This document shows positions 49,176 to 57,528 of a stretch of DNA of 64,000 bases, one piece after another (positions within the stretch are counted from its first letter, which is position 1; each line of letters starts with the position of its first letter). The DNA comes from Bacteroidales bacterium (GTDB lineage Bacteria > Bacteroidota > Bacteroidia > Bacteroidales > UBA7960): positions 26,748 to 90,747 of the forward strand of contig JAVIYP010000001.1 in assembly GCA_031323845.1 (NCBI GenBank). The letters are read 5' to 3'. Both the position numbers and the translations under genes were made by a program. Below the pieces are notes generated by a model. The model had not been told where the DNA came from and ran no database searches. It saw only the letters and a program-made list of their open reading frames with translations.

Positions 49176-50192
49176 TTAATCAGGATGTTCCAGCATAAAC
49201 TCTTCAATCTTGTCCACCATCCATTTTGGACCCGTAAAAAAAGGCGACCTTTGGTGCAGCGCCTCAGGTTCAATGGCCATAATGCGCTTAGTGCCATTGC
49301 TTGCTTTACCTCCGGCCTGCTCCGCAATATAGGCTATCGGATTGCATTCGTACAAAAGACGCAACTTGCCGTTGGGGTTTTTTGAGGTGCCCGGATAAAG
49401 AAATACACCCCCCTTGATGAGGTTGCGGTGAAAATCGGCCACGAGTGAGCCAATGTACCTGGAGGTGTATGGCCTGTAATCATCAGGATCATTTTCCTGG
49501 CAGTATTTGATATACCTTTTCACCCCTTCAGGGAAATGGATATAGTTGCCTTCATTAATCGAGTAAATATTGGCGTTTTCCGGAAATTTCATATCCGGGT
49601 GTGAAAGGCAAAAAATTCCTACTGAAGGGTCAAGTGTAAAGCCATTGACCCCTTTGCCTGTCGTATATACGAGCATGGTGGAGGAGCCATAAATCACATA
49701 ACCTGACGCAACAAGATTAATGCCCGGTTGCAGCAGGTCCTTCTGGGTGCCGGGCCCAACCTCTGTAAGTCGCCTGTATATGCTGAAAATGGTGCCAATG
49801 GATACGTTGGCTTCAATGTTTGAACTGCCGTCAAGAGGGTCCATCGCAACAACATACTTCCCGAGGTCTGAGAATTCGTTGCTGAAAGAAATCACCTTCT
49901 CGTTCTCTTCCGAGGCAATGGCACAACACTCACCACCTCCCTTCAAAGCGGTAATAAACATCTCATTGGCAAAAACATCCAACTTTTTCTGCGTCTCACC
50001 TTGTATGTTTTCTTTTCCAACAGTGCCCAGAATATCCACAAGTCCGGCTGCATTGATTTCCCTGTTAACAATTTTGGCAGCCGTGGCAATGTCGTTGAGT
50101 AAACGTGTCAGCGCACCTTTTGCATGCGGATATTCCGACTGGCGTTGAATGATGAACTCAGTAAGTGTGGTAATTTTGCTTCGATGTACCAT
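49176..50192 (-). CDS. fbp: Class 1 fructose-1,6-bisphosphatase
   Basis: 338 aa. Contains [12 protein letters not shown] and [21 protein letters not shown], FBPase class 1 signatures. Confidence 0.9.
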   Translation of the reverse strand: MVHRSKITTLTEFIIQRQSEYPHAKGALTRLLNDIATAAKIVNREINAAGLVDILGTVGKENIQGETQKKLDVFANEMFITALKGGGECCAIASEENEKVISFSNEFSDLGKYVVAMDPLDGSSNIEANVSIGTIFSIYRRLTEVGPGTQKDLLQPGINLVASGYVIYGSSTMLVYTTGKGVNGFTLDPSVGIFCLSHPDMKFPENANIYSINEGNYIHFPEGVKRYIKYCQENDPDDYRPYTSRYIGSLVADFHRNLIKGGVFLYPGTSKNPNGKLRLLYECNPIAYIAEQAGGKASNGTKRIMAIEPEALHQRSPFFTGPKWMVDKIEEFMLEHPD

Positions 50193-50291
50193 GTTGTTGT
50201 ATTTTGGGAAACGATGTGTATAAAACTTTCAGTATTATAGATTGCAGGTCCTCTTACTGTTTTTTTAATACTGCGGCAGCAGCTATGCTTT

Positions 50292-51542
50292 TTATTCCTG
50301 CTGTTCTTTTTTGATAAGATCTATCAGCATTTTCAGGGCGGTGCGCGTGGCCCTTATAATATTGCGCTCCCTGTTATCGGCAAATCGAAACATCCGGCTG
50401 TGGCATTCATGCTTTCCGGCCACGGCTATCCAGGTGGTGCCAACGGGTTTTTCCGCACTTCCACCGTCAGGACCGGCAATGCCTGTAATACCAACAGCAT
50501 AGTCTGTGGCTGCAAGTTTCTGTACACCTCCGGCCATAAGGCAGGCTACCCGGCTGCTTACGGCACCGTGTTCATGAAGTTCGCTTGCAGGAACACCTAA
50601 TATTTTTTCTTTAAGAGCATTATCATAGGCAACAATACTTCCTTTAAAGTAGGCCGAACTCCCGGGCACGCTGGTGATCAGATGAGCCAGGTAGCCCCCT
50701 GTGCAGCTTTCAGCCGCAGCAAGTGTCAGCCCGTGCTGTGCCAGTAGTTTGCCCGCTAGCATTTCCATGCTGTCGTCGTCGTAGCCCCAGATATATTCCG
50801 GTATGAGTACTTTCAGCTTTTCGATCTCTTTTGTTATCGCCTCACGGAGTACGCCTTCGTCCGGCCCCTTGGCGGTAAGCCTCATTTTGACAATACCCAT
50901 GGAAGGCAGGTATGCCAGCTGTATGAATGCAGGCAGCGCATCTTCCCAGTGACTGAGTTTTTCTGCCAGGGCTGATTCGCCGATACCCTGTGTGTGGATA
51001 CTTCTGTGAACGATGTATTGCTCACGCCTGAATCTGCCAAGGGCAGGCAGGACATGATGGTTCATCATCTCTTTCATTTCGTAGGGTACGCCCGGCATGG
51101 CCACATATATTTTCTCATCTTCTTCAAACCACAAGCCGGGTGCTGTGCCGTAAGGATTGCGCAACGCTCTTGCCTTGACCGGTACGAGCGCCTGGGCACG
51201 GTTAAGCTCATTCATTTGACGACCCGACTTTTCAAACATCACCCTGATATCCTCCAGAACTTCCTGATTCATCTCAAGATCAGAACCGAAAAAGTCGCAC
51301 AACGCATGTTTGGTAACATCATCCCGGGTCGGACCCAATCCGCCTGTAATTAATACAAGGTCAGCACGCCAGGCACTTTCGTGCAGCGACAGCACAATGG
51401 CATCATGCCGGTCGGCGATGACTGACATTTCATGTACCTCAATGCCAAGCCGGTTAAGCTGAGATGCCATCCAGGCAGCATTGGTGTTAACGGTTTGTCC
51501 AATTAGTAACTCTTCGCCGATGGAAATGATGCAGGCCCTCAT
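50292..51542 (-). CDS. cinA: Competence/damage-inducible protein CinA (MoCF-binding domain plus NMN deamidase PncC domain)
   Basis: 416 aa. N-terminus is IISIGEELLIGQTVNTNAAWM. Also contains ITGGLGPTRDD and the C-terminal AESCTGG. Confidence 0.85.
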   Translation of the reverse strand: MRACIISIGEELLIGQTVNTNAAWMASQLNRLGIEVHEMSVIADRHDAIVLSLHESAWRADLVLITGGLGPTRDDVTKHALCDFFGSDLEMNQEVLEDIRVMFEKSGRQMNELNRAQALVPVKARALRNPYGTAPGLWFEEDEKIYVAMPGVPYEMKEMMNHHVLPALGRFRREQYIVHRSIHTQGIGESALAEKLSHWEDALPAFIQLAYLPSMGIVKMRLTAKGPDEGVLREAITKEIEKLKVLIPEYIWGYDDDSMEMLAGKLLAQHGLTLAAAESCTGGYLAHLITSVPGSSAYFKGSIVAYDNALKEKILGVPASELHEHGAVSSRVACLMAGGVQKLAATDYAVGITGIAGPDGGSAEKPVGTTWIAVAGKHECHSRMFRFADNRERNIIRATRTALKMLIDLIKKEQQE

Positions 51543-51618
51543 ATTTTTTAAATTTTTTCTTCAAAAATAATCATAATAAAGCATGCAGGTATAATTAGGT
51601 AAATCTTTTAATTATTGA

Positions 51619-51626
51619 TAATTTTG
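51619..51626 (+). promoter_or_regulatory. Bacteroidota-type -7 promoter box (TAnnTTTG)
   Basis: TAATTTTG lies 71 nt upstream of the ATG at 51698. Confidence 0.35.
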
Positions 51627-51697
51627 TTGGCTTTTTAACAAAGCGGCTGCATTCTTATCCTAAAGAACAAGATTGCGGACGTACAAATATAACAGAT

Positions 51698-52570
51698 ATG
51701 AGGACTTTCAAAGAATCTGAATTGATTATTAATCAGGATGGAAGCATATATCATTTGAAACTTCGTCCGGAACATATTGCAGATACTTTACTTATCGTGG
51801 GGGATCAGGGAAGGGTGCCCATGATTTCAAAATATTTTGACTCTGTTGAACATAAGATTCAGAACCGTGAATTTCTGACACACACGGGCTATTTAGGCAA
51901 AAAAAGGCTTACCGTGCTGTCGACGGGCATTGGCACGGACAATATTGATATTGTGCTGAATGAGATTGATGCTGCCGTAAACATTGACCTGGAGCAAAGA
52001 GTCGTAAAGGAACGGCATACCACGCTTGATATAATCCGTTTGGGTACCACAGGGGCTTTGCAGGCGGATATTCCGGTCGACAGCATGGTCGCCTCTGCAT
52101 TTGGCCTGGGATTTGACGGCCTTATGCACTTTTACAGCTACGACACTTCGCTGGAGGAACAGGAAATGGCCGATGCTTTTGTCAGGCATGTCAACTGGAA
52201 TGAAAAATTGCCGTATCCTTACATCTTTTCGGCCTCTCCCCAATTGTTGCAAAAGGTTGCCGGGACACTGACGCAGGGCATTACCGGTACCGCCAACGGT
52301 TTTTACGGACCTCAGGGCCGTGAATTGCGCATCCCCACAGCTTACCCTGAACTGAACAGACTGATTGAAAGCTTTGAATATCAAGGCCACAGGGTAACAA
52401 ACTTCGAGATGGAAACATCCGCACTGTTCGCTTTGGGCAAGGTGCTGAAACATAACACCCTGACAGTTTGCAACGTGATTGCTAACCGGGCTCGGAAGGA
52501 ATACAGCAAGGATGCTAAAAAATCAATTGACCAGATGATAAGGTATGTGCTTGAAAAAATTTCTGCATGA
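51698..52570 (+). CDS. Nucleoside phosphorylase (PNP/UDP family 1, uridine-phosphorylase-like)
   Basis: 290 aa. Contains SIYHLKLRPEHIADTLLIVGDQGR, STGIGTDNIDIVLNE and NFEMETSALF, typical of PNP_UDP_1 enzymes. Confidence 0.75.
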   Translation: MRTFKESELIINQDGSIYHLKLRPEHIADTLLIVGDQGRVPMISKYFDSVEHKIQNREFLTHTGYLGKKRLTVLSTGIGTDNIDIVLNEIDAAVNIDLEQRVVKERHTTLDIIRLGTTGALQADIPVDSMVASAFGLGFDGLMHFYSYDTSLEEQEMADAFVRHVNWNEKLPYPYIFSASPQLLQKVAGTLTQGITGTANGFYGPQGRELRIPTAYPELNRLIESFEYQGHRVTNFEMETSALFALGKVLKHNTLTVCNVIANRARKEYSKDAKKSIDQMIRYVLEKISA

Positions 52571-52585
52571 GTATCATCCACAACA

Positions 52586-53461
52586 ATGAGTAAGAAAAGT
52601 GAACGCGACATTCTTGCCCTGATCAGCATGGCCGATGATCCTGATCAGCAGGTTTTTGAAGAGATCTCCGCTAAAATCGTTGCTTATGGCCCGGAGGCCC
52701 TCTCTTATCTTGAAGATGCTTATGATCAGGCTCCCGGGGAAATGCTGCGCGATCGTCTTGCAAGCCTGATGACCACCATCCGCTTCAATAGCCTGTCATC
52801 TAAACTGCATTTGTGGGCAAAGAGCAACCACGATGACCTCCTTGAACCATGGATTGAAATCACCCGGTTTTTTCGTCCGCATTTGGATGAAAGCAGCATC
52901 CGTTCCACTTTGGGCAAGTTTACCAAGGACCTGTGGCTGGAAATGAATGATAATCTTACTGCCCTTGAACAGATCAAAGTATTTAACCATATTTTTTATG
53001 GGATATACAAGTTCAGGGGAGATATCGAGGACTATCACAACCCCGATAATTCATTCATAGACAGGGTTATGGATGAGCGCAAAGGCAGCCCGTTGAGTAT
53101 AGGGATCATTTACATGCTGCTGGCACGCAGTGTGGACCTTCCGGTCAGGGGAATAAACCTTCCGGAACACTTTGTGCTGACCTACCTTGGCGAACGATTA
53201 GACACGGAAAGTTTGCAAATACACCGGGATCAGCCCTTGTTTTATATCAATGCTTTCAGCGGAGGGTCCGTCTTTTCATCGGATGAGATCAATGAATTTT
53301 TACTGAAGCTTGATCTGGAACCTTTACCCTCTTTTTTTATGCCTTGCACCAACCGGGAGATCATCATACGCATGCTTAACAACCTTATTTTTTCCTATGA
53401 ACAAATCGGACAGGGACATAAGGTAAAAGGTTTTGCTGAGCTCAGGGATCGTTTGCAATAG
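52586..53461 (+). CDS. SirB1-like transglutaminase-fold family protein
   Basis: 291 aa. RKGSPLSIGIIYMLLARSVDLPVRGINLPEHFVLTY parallels the SirB1/YchA pattern (G.P.sL..iY..iA.rL.LP..GvnfPgHFll). Confidence 0.6.
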   Translation: MSKKSERDILALISMADDPDQQVFEEISAKIVAYGPEALSYLEDAYDQAPGEMLRDRLASLMTTIRFNSLSSKLHLWAKSNHDDLLEPWIEITRFFRPHLDESSIRSTLGKFTKDLWLEMNDNLTALEQIKVFNHIFYGIYKFRGDIEDYHNPDNSFIDRVMDERKGSPLSIGIIYMLLARSVDLPVRGINLPEHFVLTYLGERLDTESLQIHRDQPLFYINAFSGGSVFSSDEINEFLLKLDLEPLPSFFMPCTNREIIIRMLNNLIFSYEQIGQGHKVKGFAELRDRLQ

Positions 53462-53463
53462 TA

Positions 53464-54675
53464 TTACAGTCTGATCTCCGTGTCGAGTGACATGGCCACT
53501 CCCTGGCCAACGCCGATACACATGGTGCACAGCGCCCTGCGCAGCTTGTTTCGCTTTAATTGACGGACAGCCGTTGTGATCAGTCTTGCACCGCTCATGC
53601 CCAATGGGTGCCCGAGTGCAATGGCACCTCCTAAAGGATTCAGCCTGCTGTCGTTGTCGGGTACATGCAGTGCTCTTATACAGGCAAGGGCCTGGGCGGC
53701 AAAGGCTTCATTCAGTTCAATGATGTCAAAATCCTTGAGCGTCAACGACAATTTCATTAGTAATTTTTCAGTGGCGGGTACGGGTCCTATTCCCATAATG
53801 CGGGGCAGCACACCTGCTGCCTGCATGCCGGTTATGCTGGCCAAAGGCGTCAGCCGGTATTTTTTTACCGCTGCAGCTGATGCGATTAACAACGCCGCTG
53901 CACCGTCATTCACCCCTGAAGCGTTTCCGGCGGTCACCGTACCGTCAGGGCCTGTCACCGCTTTTAAGGTTGCCAGCTTTTCAAGAGGACTTAACCTGGG
54001 ATGTTCGTCGGTGTCAACAATGATGGGATCTGCCTTTCGGCGCGGAATGCTGACCGGCACGATCTCATCGGCAAACAGGTTTGACTGCATCGCATGGTGT
54101 GCTTTTTGCTGACTGTTAAACGCAAACATGTCCTGGTCTTCCCGGCTTATGTTGAATTCTTTTGCCAGGTTTTCAGCGGTTTCTATCATGGAGTCAACGC
54201 CGTAGAGCTCCTTCATTTTCTTATTGATGAAGCGCCATCCGATGGTGGTGTCATACAGTTCAGGTACCCTTGAGAAGGCTTCTTCCGCTTTTGCCATCAC
54301 AAAGGGTGCCCTGCTCATGCTTTCCACACCTCCTGCAATTATAAGATCTGCATCGCCGCACCTGATCATACGTCCGGCCATACCCACGGCCTCCATACCT
54401 GACCCGCACAAACGGTTAACCGTAACTCCGGGCACGCCGGGAGGGATGCCTGCCAGCAAAGAAGCCATGCGGGCAACATTCCTGTTGTCTTCACCAGCCT
54501 GGTTGGCACAACCCATAATAACGTCGTCGATAGCTTCGGGGTCAAGAGCGGGATTGCGCTCCAGAATAGCCCTTAAAGGGATGGCCGCCAGATCATCTGC
54601 CCTGACTTGTGACAATGATCCTCCGTACTTGCCCACTGGGGTGCGTATGGCATCGCAAATAAAAACTTCCTTCAT
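53464..54675 (-). CDS. Acetyl-CoA C-acyltransferase (thiolase), PcaF/PaaJ-like (3-oxoadipyl-CoA thiolase-like)
   Basis: 403 aa. N-terminus is ICDAIRTPVGKYGGSLSQVRADDLAAIPL. Also contains the active-site NRLCGSG, GHPLGMSGAR and CIGVGQG. The N-terminal motif is the one I associate with the PcaF/PaaJ branch rather than acetoacetyl-CoA thiolases. Confidence 0.9.
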   Translation of the reverse strand: MKEVFICDAIRTPVGKYGGSLSQVRADDLAAIPLRAILERNPALDPEAIDDVIMGCANQAGEDNRNVARMASLLAGIPPGVPGVTVNRLCGSGMEAVGMAGRMIRCGDADLIIAGGVESMSRAPFVMAKAEEAFSRVPELYDTTIGWRFINKKMKELYGVDSMIETAENLAKEFNISREDQDMFAFNSQQKAHHAMQSNLFADEIVPVSIPRRKADPIIVDTDEHPRLSPLEKLATLKAVTGPDGTVTAGNASGVNDGAAALLIASAAAVKKYRLTPLASITGMQAAGVLPRIMGIGPVPATEKLLMKLSLTLKDFDIIELNEAFAAQALACIRALHVPDNDSRLNPLGGAIALGHPLGMSGARLITTAVRQLKRNKLRRALCTMCIGVGQGVAMSLDTEIRL

Positions 54676-54774
54676 ACCGGCGTGTGGTTTTTGGTTATAT
54701 TTTTTTGATGTGCAATGAAAGAACGCTGACTGACCGTATCCTGGATCAGCCTGTCGGCCGAAGCCCTGGTGACA

Positions 54775-56118
54775 TCAGTCCTTAAGCATCGGTTTGATAT
54801 GTCTGAAACCGCTCAGCATGGCTTCCGAGAGTATGTCAACCTCTTTTTGTGTGATTGCGGTAGAAACCACAGAGGTACATGAATTAATGATCATGATGCC
54901 TTTTTCATAGAGATGGTCGAGGAATGAGGTAATGGCTTTGCGCATGCGCTCATCGTCATAGGCGTCGCGGTAGGAGATGGGTGCTTTTTCCCTGAAATGA
55001 ACTTTAAACATGGATCCTCTTCCTGTGATGCACATAGGGATATCGGCGATCTTTCCGGCCTCTGAGACTTGTTTGACAGCAGTCATGGAAATATTGTTGA
55101 GCTTTTCGACCGCCTCACGGTCGAACATCTCCATGGCTGTTTTTCCGGCCGTCATAGATATTGCATTGGCAGAAAACGTGCCGGAAAGTGGGAAACGGTA
55201 GTTCCGGTCGCCGGGGTTTAAGATGCTCATCACTTCAGTGCTCCCGGCAAAAGCACCAATCGGGAAGCCACCCCCTATGATTTTTCCCAGTGCGGTCATG
55301 TCGGGCTTTACAGGATAATCGGCCTGGGCACCTTCATAATTAACCCTGAAGCAGATCACCTCATCATAGCAAAGCAACGCATTATTCCGTCGTGTCCAGT
55401 CGTAAACCGCCGTGATGTATGCTTCCGTTGCCGGGGCATTTCCAATCCGGTGCGGCACAGGGTCAATGAGCACGCAAGCCAGCTGATCGGCATGTCTGTC
55501 AAGTATGCTCAGGGTTTCCTCAATGTGATTGAAAGGAATGATCACCACGTCATTGAGAACGGATGAGGGTGTGCCTTTGGCATGGGGAACGCTGTTGGGA
55601 GCTTCAATGCTGCCCCACGTTGACGGAGAAGCGCTCTGGCTGACTTCGGCAAAATCGTAACTGCCATGGTAGCCTCCTTCGGCTTTGGCAATCTTAGGCT
55701 TGCCTGTATAAGCCCTGGCAGCCTTTATCATTGCCATTACAGCTTCGGTGCCTGAGTTGACAAACCGCAGCTTTTCAAAACCCGGAACCCTGTCGCACAA
55801 AAGCCTGGCATACTCAATCTCCACTTCAGTGCCAATGGTGTAGGCCGTACCCCTGTGGAGCTGATCAATCACGGCCTGAACGATTCTCGGGTGGGCATGG
55901 CCATGAATTAAACTGGCGATGTTGTTGGCAAAATCAACACGCTGAACGCCATTGATATCCGTAACATAACATCCTGATGCTTTTGAAACGTAATAGGGGT
56001 GAGGCTTTCTGTAAAGCACATTGCGGCTTACTCCACCCGGCAAATAATTACATGCTTCACTGTACAGCGAAGCTTCGGTTTTCCGGTCGGCGGTCATTTC
56101 TTTTTCTTCTGCATTCAT
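54775..56118 (-). CDS. Class-III (GSAM-like) PLP-dependent aminotransferase, candidate beta-amino-acid transaminase
   Basis: Contains LPGGVSRNVLY, NSGTEAVM and DEVICFR...LGKIIGGGFPIGAF (PLP-lysine context). The track ORF starts at 56202 and overlaps the upstream gene. ATG 56118 (MNAEEKE) leaves a 19-nt spacer and is preferred. Confidence 0.85.
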   Translation of the reverse strand: MNAEEKEMTADRKTEASLYSEACNYLPGGVSRNVLYRKPHPYYVSKASGCYVTDINGVQRVDFANNIASLIHGHAHPRIVQAVIDQLHRGTAYTIGTEVEIEYARLLCDRVPGFEKLRFVNSGTEAVMAMIKAARAYTGKPKIAKAEGGYHGSYDFAEVSQSASPSTWGSIEAPNSVPHAKGTPSSVLNDVVIIPFNHIEETLSILDRHADQLACVLIDPVPHRIGNAPATEAYITAVYDWTRRNNALLCYDEVICFRVNYEGAQADYPVKPDMTALGKIIGGGFPIGAFAGSTEVMSILNPGDRNYRFPLSGTFSANAISMTAGKTAMEMFDREAVEKLNNISMTAVKQVSEAGKIADIPMCITGRGSMFKVHFREKAPISYRDAYDDERMRKAITSFLDHLYEKGIMIINSCTSVVSTAITQKEVDILSEAMLSGFRHIKPMLKD

Positions 56119-56137
56119 AGCCTTGTTGTTCAGTGTT

Positions 56138-56803
56138 TTATGTATAATCTTCCAGGGTGTAAATTTTTGGTTCTGTATGTTTTTGCAGGAATGCCAGGTC
56201 AACTCCGGGGGCCATTTTTCTTACAACAAGCCCTGTTTCCCTGACCTCGAGTACCGCATAGTCTGTGTAGATCATGTTGACAACACCGGTGCCGGTGAGG
56301 GGATAACTGCAACGGTTCACAATTTTTGGTTCTCCATTTTTTGTGAGATGTTTTGTGATGATAATAACCGTTTTAACACCCTGCACAAGATCCATGGCAC
56401 CGCCTACGGCAGGTATCGCTTTGGGTTCGCCCGTCGACCAGTTGGCCAGGTCACCTTTTGCAGACACCTGAAATGCACCCAGCACGCAAATGTCAATATG
56501 ACCCCCCCGAACCATGGCAAAACTGTCTGCATGATGGAAATAAGCCGCTCCCTTGTTGGCAGTGACCGGTTTTTTACCGGCATTGATCAGCTCGTCATCT
56601 TCCTGTCCGGAGGGTGGCGAAGGACCTACCCCCAGCAAGCCATTTTCAGTATGAAAGACAACCTCCCTGTCGTCGGGAATATAGTTAGCTACCAGTTCAG
56701 GCAAACCGATACCCAGGTTGACGTATGAGCCGTCAGGGATATCCAGGGCAATGTTTCTGGCCATTTCTTCACGGGTCCAGCCGGTAATGAGTTCTGCTAC
56801 CAT
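56138..56803 (-). CDS. 3-oxoacid CoA-transferase subunit B (family I)
   Basis: 221 aa. VVFHTENGLLGVGP corresponds to the (S)ENG catalytic-glutamate motif of ScoB/AtoA/PcaJ-type subunits. It has a 7-nt overlap with subunit A. Confidence 0.85.
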   Translation of the reverse strand: MVAELITGWTREEMARNIALDIPDGSYVNLGIGLPELVANYIPDDREVVFHTENGLLGVGPSPPSGQEDDELINAGKKPVTANKGAAYFHHADSFAMVRGGHIDICVLGAFQVSAKGDLANWSTGEPKAIPAVGGAMDLVQGVKTVIIITKHLTKNGEPKIVNRCSYPLTGTGVVNMIYTDYAVLEVRETGLVVRKMAPGVDLAFLQKHTEPKIYTLEDYT

Positions 56804-57510
56804 GGGTACCTCCTTCCTTCTTTAATGAGTTCGTTCTCGCTCAGCGGATGCTGAATTTCGACCACTTTCTTAACAAAAATACCGGGAGTGACCACAATCT
56901 CCGGGTCAAGGGCACCCAGTTCCACTACTTTTGATGCCTGCACGATGGCAGAAGTTGCCGCCATGCACATCACAGGACCGAAATTGCGGGCGGTTTTATT
57001 AAAGAGGAGGTTGCCATGCCTGTCGGCAACCCGGCATTTGACCAGGGCAAAGTCGGCCTTTAATCCGTATTCAAGCACATATTCTTTGCCGTCAATCACT
57101 TTGACCTCTTTGCCTTCCGCTAGCGGTGTATTCACTGAGGTGGGTGTGTAAAATGCCGGAATGCCAGCGCCACCAGCCCTGATCCTTTCGGCTAAGGTGC
57201 CCTGTGGAACGAGCTCCAGCTCAATCGCTCCATTTTTGTAAAACTCCGGGAATACCACAGAATGGGCAGTGCGCGGAAAGGAGCAGATCATTTTCCTGAC
57301 CTGTTTGTTGCCAATAAGCGCCGCCAGTCCAATGTGTCCGTTCCCGGTGTTGTTGCTGACTACGGTTAACTCTTTGGCACCATGGTCAATGAGGGCATGA
57401 ATGAGTTCAATGGGACTGCCTGCCTCACCGAAACCGCTGATCATCACAGTGGCCCCGTCAAATACCTCAGCAACAGCTTCGTGAGCTGTGTTAACGATCT
57501 TGTTTATCAT
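56797..57510 (-). CDS. 3-oxoacid CoA-transferase subunit A (family I)
   Basis: 237 aa. Contains DGATVMISGFGEAGSPIELIHAL and ELELVPQGTLAERIRAGGAGIPAFYTPT, typical of ScoA/AtoD/PcaI-type subunits. Confidence 0.85.
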   Translation of the reverse strand: MINKIVNTAHEAVAEVFDGATVMISGFGEAGSPIELIHALIDHGAKELTVVSNNTGNGHIGLAALIGNKQVRKMICSFPRTAHSVVFPEFYKNGAIELELVPQGTLAERIRAGGAGIPAFYTPTSVNTPLAEGKEVKVIDGKEYVLEYGLKADFALVKCRVADRHGNLLFNKTARNFGPVMCMAATSAIVQASKVVELGALDPEIVVTPGIFVKKVVEIQHPLSENELIKEGRRYPW

Positions 57511-57528
57511 GACAATGCTGTTTCAGGC

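Noticed and set aside
54775-56118. Calling the class-III enzyme HemL (glutamate-1-semialdehyde 2,1-aminomutase)
   Set aside because: The N-terminal motif is LPGGVSRNVLY rather than the HemL-type PGGVNSPVRAF. In addition, the gene sits inside a CoA-transferase/thiolase/aminomutase operon. I therefore kept the generic class-III call, and the HemL possibility remains to be excluded by search.
56119-56202. N-terminal 28-aa extension of the aminotransferase overlapping the CoA-transferase B gene; likewise the TTG start at 37553 and the GTG start at 35508
   Set aside because: The downstream ATGs (56118, 37586, 35523) give N-termini typical of the families and remove the overlaps. In the 37586 case the ATG also sits just downstream of a TAnnTTTG box.
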